Source: Eledone cirrhosa (lineage: Eukaryota). From it: 64,000 bases of DNA. The stretch lies in contig OZ024744.1 of the NCBI GenBank assembly GCA_964016885.1, forward strand, positions 32,736,001-32,800,000, written 5' to 3'. Position numbers and translations under genes: made by a program. The notes under the pieces were generated by a model, which was not told the DNA's origin, did no database searches, and saw only the letters and a list, made by a program, of their open reading frames with translations. Of the stretch, positions 1-16,999 are shown piece by piece. Position 1 is the first letter of the stretch. Every line of letters starts with the position of its first letter.

Positions 1-54
1 TCCAGGATGAGGGGGGCGAGGAGGAAGTGGAGAAAGATGAAGGGAGGAGGAAAA

Positions 55-192
55 GAAGAAGAAGAAGAAGAAGAAGAAGAAGAAGAAGAAGAAGAAGAAG
101 AAGAAGAAGAAGAAGAAGAAGAAGAAGAAGAAGAAGAAGAAGAAGAAGAAGAAGAAGAAGAAGAAGAAGCAGAAGAAGAAGAAGAAGAAGAA
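55..192. repeat. (GAA)n microsatellite
   Basis: Near-perfect GAA array; explains the poly-E ORF 7..228. Confidence 0.97.
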
Positions 193-306
193 TTTGATAA
201 TGTAAAAGATTGGTTATTTCTTAATTAGGCATGGAGAGAAGAAGAGAGTGAGAGAAAGGGTGTGAGGGAAGAGTGTATGTGTCAGTGGATTAAGTGGGAG
301 AGACAG

Positions 307-313
<7 letters not shown>

Positions 314-378
<65 letters not shown>
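314..378. repeat. (GA)n microsatellite within a purine-rich low-complexity region
   Basis: Pure GA array seen directly. Confidence 0.95.
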
Positions 379-382
<4 letters not shown>

Positions 383-1306
383 AGCCGAAGAGAGAGGGAA
401 GAGAAGAAAGTGAGAGTGAGGGCAGGAAGAGTGAGAGAGAAAGTAGGAGAAAAATGTGAATGAGTTGAGAGAGTGAGCGATCGAGAGAGTAACGGAGAGA
501 GAGAATGGAGAAGAGAAAGGGATGGCGAGAGAGGATAAGAGAGAGAGGGGGGAGAAGTGAGAAAGAAAGGGAAACATTATAGTGAGAAGGAAAGAGAAGA
601 GAAAGAGAGAGAGGCATTAGTGGGTGACTTGAGGGGAAGCTAGAGATCATTAGAGCAGTAATTAGAACCACACTAACCGGAAAAGGGGGTGTGGAGGAGG
701 AACAATAGACAGAAACAAGTGGTAAGTCTCTTTCCTTGATTTATATATTTAATATGAAAGTAAAGGAAAGAAGAAACAAATGAGAATATCATTAAAGAGG
801 GAGAAGAAAGATGGCAGCCTGCTTTTCTGGCACTTTTCTCTCAATATGTAAGCAGTATATCAATGTTGTCATTTGATATACTATCAGGCATCCATCAGTC
901 TTACAAATAGGATCAAAGTCTGCTGCCATTTATATTGGGAAGGAGATTGATTTAGGAGGGAGAGAGAGAAGAAATGACGCCTTGATTGACCGTCACACAC
1001 ATACACACACATATATATATATACATACATATATATATATGCGTGTGTATGTGTGTGACGGTCAATCAAGGCGTCATATATGTGTGTGGTGTACACACAC
1101 ACACATACATATATATATACATATATACACACACACACATATATGTATATATATATGTATATATACACACACACAGACACTGACACAGACAGCGACACAC
1201 GTATAAAGCTGGTGGTAACTCGAGACTTTCAGGGATAAGAAAATGTGGCGGCGGCGGAGGAGGAGGGGGGGGGAGGAAACAAGTTTTCAGTGAATAGGTT
1301 GTAGAT

Positions 1307-1352
1307 GGTGGTGTTGGGGATAGAGGGTCATCATTTATTGTTGGTGTTGTTG

Positions 1353-1384
<32 letters not shown>

Positions 1385-2211
1385 GGTGATGGTGGTGGTG
1401 ATGATGGTGGTGTTGGGGATATAGGGATAGAGGGCCATCATTTATTTGTGGTGTTGTTGTTGTTGTTGGTGGTGGTGGTGTTGTTGGTGGTGGTGGTGTT
1501 GTTGGTGGTGGTGGTGTTGTTGGTGGTGGTGGTGTTGTTGGTGGTGGTGTTGTTGGTGGTGGTGGTGGTGTTGGTGGTGGTGGTGGTGTTGATGGTGGTG
1601 GTGGTGGTGGTGGTTGTGGTGTTGGTGTTGGTGGTGGTGGTGGTGTTGGTGGTGGTAGTGGTGGTGGTGTTGGTGGTGGTGTTGTTGTTGGTGGTGGTGG
1701 TGTTGGTGGTGGTGGTGTTGTTGGTGGTGGTGTTGTTGGTGGTGGTGGTGGTGTTGGTGGTGGTGGTGGTGTTGGTGGTGGTGGTGGTGTTGGTGGTGGT
1801 GGTGTTGGTGTTGGTGGTGGTGGTGTTGGTGGTGGTGGTGGTGGTGTTGTTGGTGGTGGTGTTGTTGGTGGTGGTGGTGGTGTTGGTGGTGGTGGTGGTG
1901 TTGTTGGTGGTGGTGGTGTTGGTGGTGGTGGTGGTGGTGGTGGTGTTGGTGTTGGTGGTGGTGTTGTTGGTGGTGGTGGTGTTGGTGGTGGTGGTGGTGT
2001 TGGTGGTGGTGGTGGTGGTGGTGTTGGTGGTGGTGGTGTTGGTGTTGGTGGTGGTGGTGGTGTTGGTGGTGGTGGTGTTGGTGTTGTTGGTGGTGGTGGT
2101 GTTGGTGGTGGTGGTGGTGTTGGTGGTGGTGGTGGTGGTGGTGGTGGTGGTGGTGGTGGTGGTGGTGGTGTTGGTGGTAGAGGGGTAGAGGTCCACCATT
2201 TATTGTTGGTG

Positions 2212-2243
<32 letters not shown>

Positions 2244-2455
2244 GGTGGTGTTGGTGGTGGTGGTGTTGTTGGTGGTGGTGGTGGTGGTAGAGGGATAGAG
2301 GGCCACCATTTATTGTTGTTGTTGTTGGTGGTGGTGGTGTTGGTGGTGGTGTTGTTGTTGTTGGTGGTGTTGTTGTTGGTGGTGGTGGTGCTGGTGGTGA
2401 TATAGGGGTAGAGGGCCACCATGTATTGTTGTTGTTGTTGGTGGTGGTGGTGTTG

Positions 2456-2487
<32 letters not shown>

Positions 2488-2506
2488 GTTGGTGGTGGTG
2501 GTGTTG

Positions 2507-2538
<32 letters not shown>

Positions 2539-2554
2539 GTTGGTGGTGGTGGTG

Positions 2555-2586
<32 letters not shown>

Positions 2587-2652
2587 GGTGATATAGGGGT
2601 AGAGGGCCATCATTTATTGTTGGTGGAGGTGGGGGTGTAGAGGGATAGAGGA
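1307..2652. repeat. Compound (GGT/GTT)n array punctuated by a conserved ~25-bp core (GGGRTAGAGGGCCAYCATTTATT)
   Basis: Core recurs near 1316, 1424, 2182, 2291, 2405, 2597 and partially 2641. The intervals are GGT/GTT triplet runs. Confidence 0.9.
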
Positions 2653-3460
2653 CCAAAAGCCTGCTGTCTAGATTTAAAATTTTTATTTTTATTTTTATAG
2701 AAAAGATGCTTCTTAAGGTATGTTATAGAGATCAGTGGAGGTTCTGATAGAGTGGTTCTAAAACGGGAGTCACTTTGTCCCCAGGGGAAGAAATTTTAGC
2801 CAGAGGAGCAATTGGGAAGGAATCCAAACTGCAAAAGAAAAGTGTACATTGAAAAAGAAGACATACATTCACACAAATACTCATACATTCACACATACAT
2901 ACACACATATACACTTGCACACACGCACACACACACATACACATATATTCACACATACATTCACACAAACACAAACACATATACATTTGCACCCACACAC
3001 TCACATAAACATACATTTACACACACATTTACACATACATTTCACACTCACACAGACACATATACATTTACACAAACACACATATACACATACCTTCACA
3101 TATACACTCACACACAGCATAGCAAATGAAACGCCAGTCGCTGTTTTGCTATAGTTTATTTCACCATCACTCCATTTTCCTTCCTTTTACACACAAACAA
3201 TCAATCACACACACATTGTGTGACGGACGGAAGTCAATCAAATTTATATATAGATGTGTTGTCGGTGCTTTTGTGAGTTGGTGGTTTCTTTAGTTTTCTA
3301 ATTTCGTTTTCTTTCTTCTTTTCTTTTTTTTAAGAAGGAGGAGGAAGAAAAGATTATAAAGAAGAAGAGGAATGTGACATGGATTTCTAGGAACCACAGG
3401 GACTATGTTGTCAGTAAGATGCTCGATACACACACACATATACATATTTATATATGTATA

Positions 3461-3491
<31 letters not shown>

Positions 3492-3575
3492 AAAAATTAA
3501 CAGAAATAACAAAACAAACGACACAGAACATTGAAGAAATATATTAGTTTAATGCAGGAAATAGTAGGAAAAGTG

Positions 3576-3611
3576 TCTTAACATTTCGGACACTAGTCCT
3601 TCATCAGAAGA
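3576..3611 (-). ncRNA. Minimal type I hammerhead ribozyme motif
   Basis: Minus strand: TCTT-CTGATGA-A-GGAC-TAGT-GTCC-GAAA-TG-TTA-AGA. Same family as 17791. Confidence 0.7.
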
Positions 3612-3794
3612 TAGAATGAAAATAAAAGAAACATATGAAGATAGAAAGTGAGAAGAGAAGGAACATACATATTTACATACATTACATTCATGCATACATA
3701 TAAACATACATATATACATGCATGCATACATACACATTTAAATATATACATACATACATACATACACACATGCATACATGCATACATACATACT

Positions 3795-4120
3795 TGGTGA
3801 TGGCTGCAACTCGATTTCGAGTAATGTCATCGCTTGATACTTAAACAGGAGCATTACGGACGTCGTTTTTTAGTCCTGCCAGGCACTTGCCTATAGCCAG
3901 CAAATCATGCCTCACAATAAATGTCATATCTGAAGTGATACCTGTGTTTGAAGCTTTTTTTAAGTGAGGAAAGGCTTCGCACGGAGCCAATCCCACTCTC
4001 AGAACATCGAATGCATGTCCAAAATCACCCTCCTCACTGAGCAAGTTTCGTGTGGTTGCCGGTTTAGTTGCCTAAGACACTACCATGTACATGTTGTACT
4101 TGATTACATGTCACCAATAT
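3795..4120 (-). mobile_element. RTE-derived non-autonomous element (relative of the 39-42 kb family)
   Basis: Shares AGAGTGGGATTGGC, GTGAGGAGGGTGA and the 3' TCGAAATCGAGTTGCAGCCATCA terminus. Abuts a (ATGT)-type repeat. Confidence 0.6.
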
Positions 4121-4723
4121 CATACATACCTATATACATACTAGCGGTATTTTACCGATTTTCTATCTTATTTTTTATAGTTATCGTCTCTGATGACATT
4201 AATTTTCTGCCTTCCAGATTTTTGTATCTTCTTAGAATTTTAATCTATTCAACACTTTTGATAGTCTATTTTCGAAATGTTGTTTATATTAAAGATCTCG
4301 TTTAGCCTTCTGTATAGATGTCAAGAGACATTTGGTTCTTAGAGCGATCAATTTGGTTTTTAGAATTACGAATTTCTATTTTCCGTAGCGGCTGCTGTCC
4401 ACTTTAGTCTGTCAATAGAGGTGTCAGGTGTTTTACTCAGTAATCTACTGAGCCTACAAATATTTTCTGAGTCTGTGATTTTAACAGTTTCTATGGATTT
4501 CCATCTGCTATACACACAGACACACCCAAACACACGTACACACAAACACACACAAACACACAGACACACAAACAAACACACACAAACAAACACACACAAA
4601 CAAACACACACATACATACACTCGTGCATACACACAGACACTCACACACACTCACACACTCACACACACATATATATATACATGCTTCAAGAAATTACCA
4701 CATTTCATCAAAAGCATAACCTC

Positions 4724-5227
4724 AGCTATCCACACAGCTATACACACAGCTATCCACACAGCTATCCACACAGCTATCCACACAGCTATCCACACAGCTA
4801 TCCACACAGCTATCCACACAGCTATACACACAGCTATCCACACAGCTATCCACACAGCTATCCACACAGCTATCCACACAGCTATCCACACAGCTATCCA
4901 CACAGCTATCCACACAACTATCCACACAGCTATCCACACAGCTATCCACACAGCTATCCACACAGCTATACACACAGCTATCCACACAGCTATCCACACA
5001 GCTATCCACACAGCTATCCACACAGCTATCCACACAGCTATCCACACAGCTATCCGCACAGCTATACACACAGCTATCCACACAGCTATCCACACAACTA
5101 TCCACACAGCTATCCACACAGCTATCCACACAGCTATCCACACAGCTATCCACACAGCTATCCACACAGCTATCCACACAGCTATCCACACAGCTATCCA
5201 CACAGCTATCCACACAGCTATCCACAA
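4724..5227. repeat. 12-bp minisatellite (CAGCTATCCACA)n, about 42 units
   Basis: Direct tandem array with sporadic TATACA/CAACTA variants. Confidence 0.97.
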
Positions 5228-5620
5228 AGAAGGGCTGGACATACATTTAGCACACTCCAGCCCTTCACTGCGTGGATATCTGTCTCAAAAACAATCCAGA
5301 GACAACAATGGTCGCTGACTAACTGCCCTATCCACGACACAGGTATGTGCAAGCAGACACATGTGGTATACCAGATTGAATGTAGCAAATGTAAGGAGTT
5401 CTACATTGGTAGCACGACTCGAACACTCCACATTCGCATTAAAGAACACCTCAACACACACACATCCTCATTCACAAAACATACCGACATAAAAATATCG
5501 ACATATCGACAAATGTAGAAACCGCAAACAACATATTACCGTTACTATTAAAGCTAGAGATAGAAATGTGGGAAACTTAAGAATTAAGGAAGCCTTGCTC
5601 ATACGTAGACTCAACTAAGT
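5228..5620 (+). mobile_element. Penelope-like element fragment, GIY-YIG endonuclease (degenerate)
   Basis: Translation CPIHDTGMCKQTHVVYQIECSKCKEFYIGSTTRTLHIRIKEHL is a PLE VVY..C..C...YIG.T.R.L..R..EH signature. Confidence 0.85.
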
Positions 5621-5978
5621 ACACAATACTTAACATAAAAAGACACACCCACACGCACACAAAATAAACAACATCTCATACATAAAAGAAAATTGATTTC
5701 GTGAAATACTACCTTGGCAATTGACGTCATTTTCGTGAATAGAGAAATAACCATCAAAGAAAAAATTAAATCAAAATTCAATCCCAAAGAGAGGAAATTG
5801 AAACATTAACCTCTGAAAGTTCCTTAAACCCTGAAGAAGACTTTAGCTCTCGACAACATAAAAACAAAACAGAAATTACTTACTTTTCGTTACCTCATCT
5901 TACAATCGGTTTTGCATTCTTTAACCCTCTATCTGTTTCAATGTTATATATTATATACAATGCTTCAAGAAATTTACA

Positions 5979-6080
<102 letters not shown>

Positions 6081-6259
6081 TATATATATATATTAAAATA
6101 ATAGATTAAAGTTTAAGCAAAGAATCGTTGCTTTCCTCCTCAACGGGATCTTCTGAAACTAAAAAAATAAATCTGTGAAGGCAGAAGTAAATATTTGCTC
6201 TAGGATTCCTATATATTTGATATATATTTATCCTTATCGAGACCCCTTGGTTCGACTAA

Positions 6260-6335
<76 letters not shown>

Positions 6336-6349
6336 TTAGTCGAACCAAG

Positions 6350-9486
<3,137 letters not shown>

Positions 9487-9493
9487 ATATATA

Positions 9494-9543
<50 letters not shown>

Positions 9544-9969
9544 AGTATGTATGTATACGTACATACATATATGTATACAGACGTACAGTAGCATGCATAT
9601 ATATATATATATACATAGAGGTACACATACATATATGCACGTATCAGTTTAGCGGACGCTTATTATAACGCCGCTTTGTTTGTAAACAAACTAAACGGCC
9701 TGAATTTATGCCGTACGGTGTTAAGGCAACCACGTCACTTTTTTTTTTTTTTTTTTTCGTTCAACATTGACACAGGAACGATGTACTAGTTTCAAGCTTG
9801 TTAGCTATCATCAGCACCGTATACCCTTCTGCCAGATAGTTGAACGTTCGAAAGTATATACTTTCCTTATGAAAATTAACGGCTGAGCAGCCTAATTTGC
9901 ATATCGAGTGAGTTAAGTAAGTGCCGTACTAAGAGTGAGAAATGAAATTTCGTTTTCATTTTATTTCAA

Positions 9970-10019
<50 letters not shown>

Positions 10020-10227
10020 CATATATATACATACAGATAGCGAAATTAATGTTTTCATAATGCCGTAATGCAGATAGATACATAGCTATAACGTCGCGCC
10101 TCGGTTAAAACGGCACTAATGGCTTAGCAATTACATAGTCAACGGTTCGGAAATCACATGCATCACTGACGAGTTAACGCCTTACTCTACCAGTTAGTCT
10201 TAGTGTACTACGTCCTGCTTTTAGGTC

Positions 10228-10400
10228 ATGCCTCGAAGGAAGAGATACTCCATTGACCAAAATACTGCGAAAGCGGCAAGAAAAAGAACAAGGCGGGCAA
10301 ACGAATCGTCAGTGGAATCTGCTATTCGGCGGTCGCAAGGCCGAGGTATTCCGTACTTCTCTGTACTGTTTCAGAAAGGAGGGATAAACATGCCAATCTA
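10228..10400 (+). pseudogene. Possible Helitron Rep-helicase N-terminal remnant
   Basis: MPRRKRYSIDQNTAKAARKRTRRANESSVESAIRR followed by a broken C..QKGGINMP resembling the CCxxGKVxLP motif. Recognition by eye only. Confidence 0.35.
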
Positions 10401-10409
10401 TTTACATCA

Positions 10410-10468
<59 letters not shown>

Positions 10469-10554
10469 GTAGGAGGTGAGTTTTATTGTAGTACAATAAA
10501 GCAATGCAGATATCGGATAAGAAGCACTCTACAGTTTGTGGGACTGGAGTATAC

Positions 10555-10622
10555 ATAATATATAAGAACAAAAGATGGTTAAAATACATGGAACTCCTTT
10601 AACCATCTTTTGTTCTTATATA

Positions 10623-10626
<4 letters not shown>
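10555..10626. repeat. Hairpin (~29-bp arms), probable minimal PLE 3'-end fold-back
   Basis: ATAATATATAAGAACAAAAGATGGTTAAA / TTTAACCATCTTTTGTTCTTATATATTAT. Resembles the sequence 3' of the hammerhead at 28520 (minus). Confidence 0.75.
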
Positions 10627-10672
<46 letters not shown>

Positions 10673-10678
<6 letters not shown>

Positions 10679-10878
10679 GAATAGCTTTCACCGTATTTTT
10701 GACTAAAGAAATGTTAGCCTGATAATGGGGTTTAGAAGTCTCAGATAAATGGAAAAAGATGAGTTCGACTCCCATGTACGTCAATACTCATCTTTTTTCC
10801 ATTTATCTGAGGGTTCTAAACCCCATTATCAGGCTAAAATTTCTTTAGTCAAAAATACGGTGAAAGCTATTCTATTTT
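10673..10878. repeat. Inverted repeat, ~92-bp arms, ~21-bp spacer, next to (TA)n
   Basis: 10673-10764 is the reverse complement of 10786-10878 with a few mismatches. Confidence 0.9.
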
Positions 10879-11073
10879 CTAATTTCAAACCTGCTCACTG
10901 TTTCAAAACATACTTACTTGTCATATATATATATATATGTATATATACGTATATCATATGGACGCTGTGTTAAATTTTGATTACACGTATCGATCGACTC
11001 AAAAGTTCATCAAGCTATCTTAATGACAGAATGACCTACAATAATCTGACGTTAAAATTCAATATATATGTAT

Positions 11074-11827
11074 ATCACCTTGATCACCTTGACCGACCAG
11101 TCTGTCGGGCGTCCATCCGGCGCCGCTGGTCACAGCATGCCGTCCATTCCTCTCTCGATCGTGCTTTCCTCATCCATGTAGTCCCAATCATATTCCTAAA
11201 ATCGTAACTCCACCTTCGTGGAGGTTTTCCGAGTGGTCGTTTCCGCTCGCTCGGGTACCACTCGGCAACTGCTCGGGTCCACCGATTATCGGAGAACCGG
11301 GTGGCGTGTCCAGCCCATCTGAACTTGCTGCGCATATATTCCGTGATGACGTCCCTCACGCCGCACATCTGTCTGATGACTTCGCTCCTGATGTGCTCTC
11401 TCAACCAGATTCCTAGCATTGATCTCTCCATGGCTCAGCTTCAGACCATGCTGACGGTGCTCGACATCAAAGGCTCTGCAGTAGGCCTCAAGATGAACCG
11501 CATGAAAACGAAGTTCATGCGGTCCGACAATGTACCAACATGTCAAATGGTGGTTGGCGGTGATGAAATAGAGGAGGTGGAGGAATACGTCTACCTAGGA
11601 CAAGAAGTGAACATGCGCCGAGATATTGAGAGGGAGATCTTGCGGGGAGTACAGGCCGGATGGAAGGCGTTCAACGGCGTAAGGGATGTGCTCAAGGGGA
11701 GGTTGGACAAGACCACCCGCGCAAACCTCTTCAATAGCACAGTTTTACCTGCAATGTTATACGGCAGGGAAACTTGGGCTACAACGAAGAGAGAAGAGCA
11801 GAGGCTGGTAACGGCTCAAAAAGCCAT

Positions 11828-11830
<3 letters not shown>
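11074..11830 (-). mobile_element. RTE-clade LINE 3' fragment with inverted 5' segment
   Basis: Minus: MERSMLGI...KFRWAGH...KRPLGKPPRRW and a (TCAAGGTGA)2 tail. Plus 11435-11830: VGLKMNRMKTK...YVYLGQ...VLPAMLYGRETW. Confidence 0.9.
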
Positions 11831-11885
<55 letters not shown>

Positions 11886-11891
<6 letters not shown>

Positions 11892-12375
11892 ATAAACGGA
11901 ATAGAAAATGATGACAAATTGTTCACAGTTGAAAAATGGTTTAATTAGGAATAAAAGAGTATTAGTGATTGTATGGGTTAGTGTTCAGTTGTGGTTTTAA
12001 GTTTTTAAGTTTTTACCGGTTGCGCATTTCTAAATGCTTTTCAAAAATAATTTTGAGATAGAGTGTCCGTGCTGTTTGCTCTGATCTGTTTGTTCTGATC
12101 TGATTAGTTTTGGGAATTCTACCTGTTTTTATGTTAAAAAAGTGCCTCCAGCGTTATTTTTGTGTTGCAAAAATGCTTGTGGTCAAAACAATTTTGATTG
12201 GTCGGTAGAGGTCATGTGAATGTAAAAAGTTGATTTTGCGCCAAGACTGTTTTTATGTTAAAAAAGTGGCTCCAGCAAAAATTCTTGGTCAAAACAATTT
12301 TGATTGGTCGGTAGAGGTCATGTGGATAAAAAATTGGTTTTGCGCCAAGATTGAGAAATGACTCTTTCACAACAA

Positions 12376-12444
<69 letters not shown>

Positions 12445-12530
12445 TGTGTGTGTGTGTAGTAGTAGTAGTAAGGTGTTCGATGCTGCGACAATGGCCAGCA
12501 GCGATGTGTGTCAAATGGCTATTAAGATAA

Positions 12531-12563
<33 letters not shown>

Positions 12564-12962
12564 GCAGAGTCATTCGAAGGTCAAAAGATATTTTTCAGCT
12601 TTTGTCTTATACGGAGAAGTGCGTGTGTGTGTGTGTGTGTGTGCGTGTATAAGTCTCTTTGTATGTTGATGTACGCGTGTGTATGTGTTTGTGTATATAA
12701 AAATAACGCTGGAGGCACTTTTTTAACATAAAAACAGGTAGAATTCCCAAAACAAATCAGATCAGAGCAAACAGCACGGACACTCTATCTCAAAATTATT
12801 TTTGAAAAGCATTTAGAAATGCGCAACCGGTAAAAACTTAAAAACTTAAAACCACAACTGAATACTAACCCATACAATCACTAATACTCTTTTATTCCTA
12901 ATTAAACCATTTTTCAACTGTGAACAATTTGTCAGCATTTTCTATTCCGTTTATCAATATAT
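11886..12962. repeat. Inverted repeat, ~270-bp arms (11886-12161 / 12699-12962), spacer with (TG)n
   Basis: Arms are reverse complements apart from a small indel. The left arm abuts (TA)n. Confidence 0.9.
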
Positions 12963-13590
12963 AATAACTTGTGTGTTACACCTCTATTCTTTTAACTATG
13001 TATATATATATATACAGTCTTTAGCTATTGACCAATTAATTTTATTGATTTTTTAGTTGATCTTATTGACTGATGAATAGCTCATGTTAATTTTAACCCG
13101 TCTGTTGAGAACTCTAATTCGATATGTGATATTTTGTATTTTTACAAATATATAGACTGCCGAATTCATTCGCCTAATATAGGGGTTCCCTCCCTTGCTA
13201 AACCCCACGTGGATTTAGTAATGGGTTCTTCTGTATATTCGAACGAAATGCCTGTTGAGAAAGTGGTTTTCCTCGTTTATCTTTTTGCCAGAAGCCGAAT
13301 ATTATTTTAAGTAAGCTGACGGTAACTGATTTAGGAACCGCAGAAACTAAAAAGCTGGAATTTACCATCATTCTAGCGGGTCCGGGTAAAGATTTTTCAT
13401 TCATTTATATTATTTGTCTGACCCGAATTTTCCTGGTGTTTTTTTTCTGCTCTGCGAGTGATTGTCTCCCCGTGTGTTGGTATTTAAACGATAGTTATAG
13501 CTCTGGTTTATCCAAACTATTGAGCCCTTTGCCACGCATCTCGAAGATTGTGTTTCGTTATTTCGTGGGCCGAAATTCCGATTATCGATA

Positions 13591-13635
<45 letters not shown>

Positions 13636-13775
13636 TAGAAGGGGTATTTAATTTGTTGGAAGTCCGACAAATATAAATGTTTATAACTGATTTAGAGCAC
13701 TCAACAGTTTAGTGGAGTAAATATTCAATGATATTAAATAAATGGAAACTATATTTATAAAAGCATATTTATTTT

Positions 13776-13828
13776 ATTATATATATTTCAAGGGTACCAA
13801 GACACATTGGTACGCTTTCCTCAGATAA
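13776..13828 (-). ncRNA. Hammerhead ribozyme motif (CUGAGGA variant), left arm
   Basis: Minus: TTAT-CTGAGGA-AAGCGTACCAA...TTGGTACCCTT-GAAA-TATATATA-ATAA. Confidence 0.7.
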
Positions 13829-13992
13829 AATACAAAGTTTGTTTTATAAATAGAGACATACCCATAAAAATCATACCTTATCGGTTGGATATTCACTGGA
13901 TAGTGGAAATATATTAGGGATTTTTCAAACTTATATGTGAATATGCAAATGAATATGTAAATAATTGAAAAACAGCCGTTTATTTAAACGAC

Positions 13993-14049
<57 letters not shown>

Positions 14050-15728
14050 GGAGAGAAGGATAAAAAAAGTGCGCGAGAGAGAGAGAAGAAAGAAACAAGA
14101 GAAGATGAATAAAAACTCATATAACGTTAATTTGAGGGAAATATATTCTAAGTATATATCTCAATAGTACGTGTATTTACGATTATTAATTTTTTTAAAT
14201 TTCTTTATAACATAATATTTTTCTTCTGTTATAAGTAGATAAATAAATAAATAAATAAATACATAAATAAATAAATAAATAAATAAATAATAAATAAATA
14301 AATAAATAGATGGGTATATCATGTTATAGATAATTGTTCTAATGAGTTATGAGGGATATTGGTTTTGTATTTAATGTAAATAAATATTAAGTTAAATTAA
14401 ATTAAATTAATTGAGTTAAGAAGAATATTTATATTTATATGATTTAAAATGGGAAGAAACTGAAAAAACTCCGGTTTAATTTATTTATTCGTTAGTGTCA
14501 GACTATTTAGTCAAAATAAGTATAGATGTTGAAAGATACATTTAGCCAGAATCAGTTAGTGGTTCTATTGAAAAAATATTGAAAAAATATTGATAAAGTA
14601 ATGACAAAAATATTGAAAAAATATTGAAAAAATATTGAAAAATTTGAGAAAATTTTTTTAAAAAATAATTTATAAGAGATAAGTAATTTTTAAAGAAGTA
14701 AAAATTAAAGAAATAAAAATTAAAGAAATAAAAATTATTAAAATTTAAATTTTTTAAAAATTAGAATTATATATGTATATATTTTATGAAACTTTAAGAA
14801 GTCGAATTACTATGTCGGTGCAACTTCTACAGAATTTAAAAGTCGCTGGAATAACCACTATTGTTCTTTCCAAAGATTTGTTAAAAAATCTTCAACTTCT
14901 CTTTCAAACCTGATATGGAACTTAAAATGCAAGAATATGGACTATTCATTAGGTTGGGAAATAGTTTCAAAAGCACCCACGTACCGAAACACAGCTTTAT
15001 CTAGATTCTGCAAATTGTGTATTGAGGAAATTTTTTTCATACTTAAATTTAAAAACTCTATTAACCTAAGAACGAATTTATTTAATTCATGTAGACATCG
15101 CCAGAATTCAACATTCGGAACTATATATAACTTACAATATTTCTACTTATTTCCATAACTTGGTTTTAATATATTGATATCTCTTTATCATAATTTCTAT
15201 AACATTTGCTGTAATTCGACTTCTTAAAGTTTCATAAAATATATACATATATAATTCTATTTTTTTTTTATTTAAATTTTAATAATTTTTATTTCTTTAA
15301 TTTTTATTTCTTTAATTTTTACTTCTTTAAAAATTACTTATCTCTTATAAATTATTTTTTAAAAAAATTTTCTCAAATTTTTCAATATTTTTTCAATATT
15401 TTTTCAATATTTTTGTCATTACTTTATCAATATTTTTTCAATATTTTTTCAATAGAACCACTAACTGATTCTGGCTAAATGTATCTTTCAACATCTATAC
15501 TTATTTTGACTAAATAGTCTGACACTAACGAATAAATAAATTAAACCGGAGTTTTTTCAGTTTCTTCCCATTTTAAATCATATAAATATAAATATTCTTC
15601 TTAACTCAATTAATTTAATTTAATTTAACTTAATATTTATTTACATTAAATACAAAACCAATATCCCTCATAACTCATTAGAACAATTATCTATAACATG
15701 ATATACCCATCTATTTATTTATTTATTT

Positions 15729-15764
<36 letters not shown>

Positions 15765-15979
15765 TGTATTTATTTATTTATTTATTTATCTACTTATAAC
15801 AGAAGAAAAATATTATGTTATAAAGAAATTTAAAAAAATTAATAATCGTAAATACACGTACTATTGAGATATATACTTAGAATATATTTCCCTCAAATTA
15901 ACGTTATATGAGTTTTTATTCATCTTCTCTTGTTTCTTTCTTCTCTCTCTCTCGCGCACTTTTTTTTATCCTTCTCTCC

Positions 15980-16108
<129 letters not shown>

Positions 16109-16273
16109 GTCGTTTAAATAAACGGTTGTTCTTTCAATTATTTACATATTCATTTGCATGTTCACACATAATTTTGAAAGATCCCTAATGTATTTCTACT
16201 ATCCAGTGAATATCCAACCGATAAGGTATGATTTTCATGGGTATGTCTCTATTTATAAAACAAACTTTGTATT

Positions 16274-16326
16274 TTATCTGAGGAAAGCGTACCAATGTAA
16301 CTTGTACCCTTGAAATATATATAATG
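16274..16326 (+). ncRNA. Hammerhead ribozyme motif (CUGAGGA variant), right arm
   Basis: TTAT-CTGAGGA-AAGCGTAC...GTACCCTT-GAAA-TATATATAAT, followed by AATAAA. Confidence 0.7.
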
Positions 16327-16375
16327 AAATAAATATGCTTTTATAAATATAGTTTCCATTTATTTCATATCATTG

Positions 16376-16939
<564 letters not shown>

Positions 16940-16999
16940 AACCAGTAAGACCCCGACAGCTGAGCTCAAGCCGTTTCGACGGCTAATTATATATATATA

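Noticed and set aside
900-935. Possible minus-strand first exon ATG GCA GCA GAC TTT GAT CCT ATT T|GTAAG
   Set aside because: Too short, with no supporting exon or homology visible.
1307-2652. CRISPR-like repeat-spacer layout
   Set aside because: Spacers are simple triplet runs of very unequal length, there are no cas genes, and the context is eukaryotic.
1335-2656. Long poly-P/T/H/Q/V ORFs (extensin- or mucin-like)
   Set aside because: Open in several frames on both strands because GGT/GTT triplets lack stops; no splice or codon evidence.
5828-5860. Hammerhead-like CTGAAGA...CGAC after the GIY-YIG fragment (also CTGATGA at ~13070)
   Set aside because: The GAAA box is not intact; too degenerate to call.
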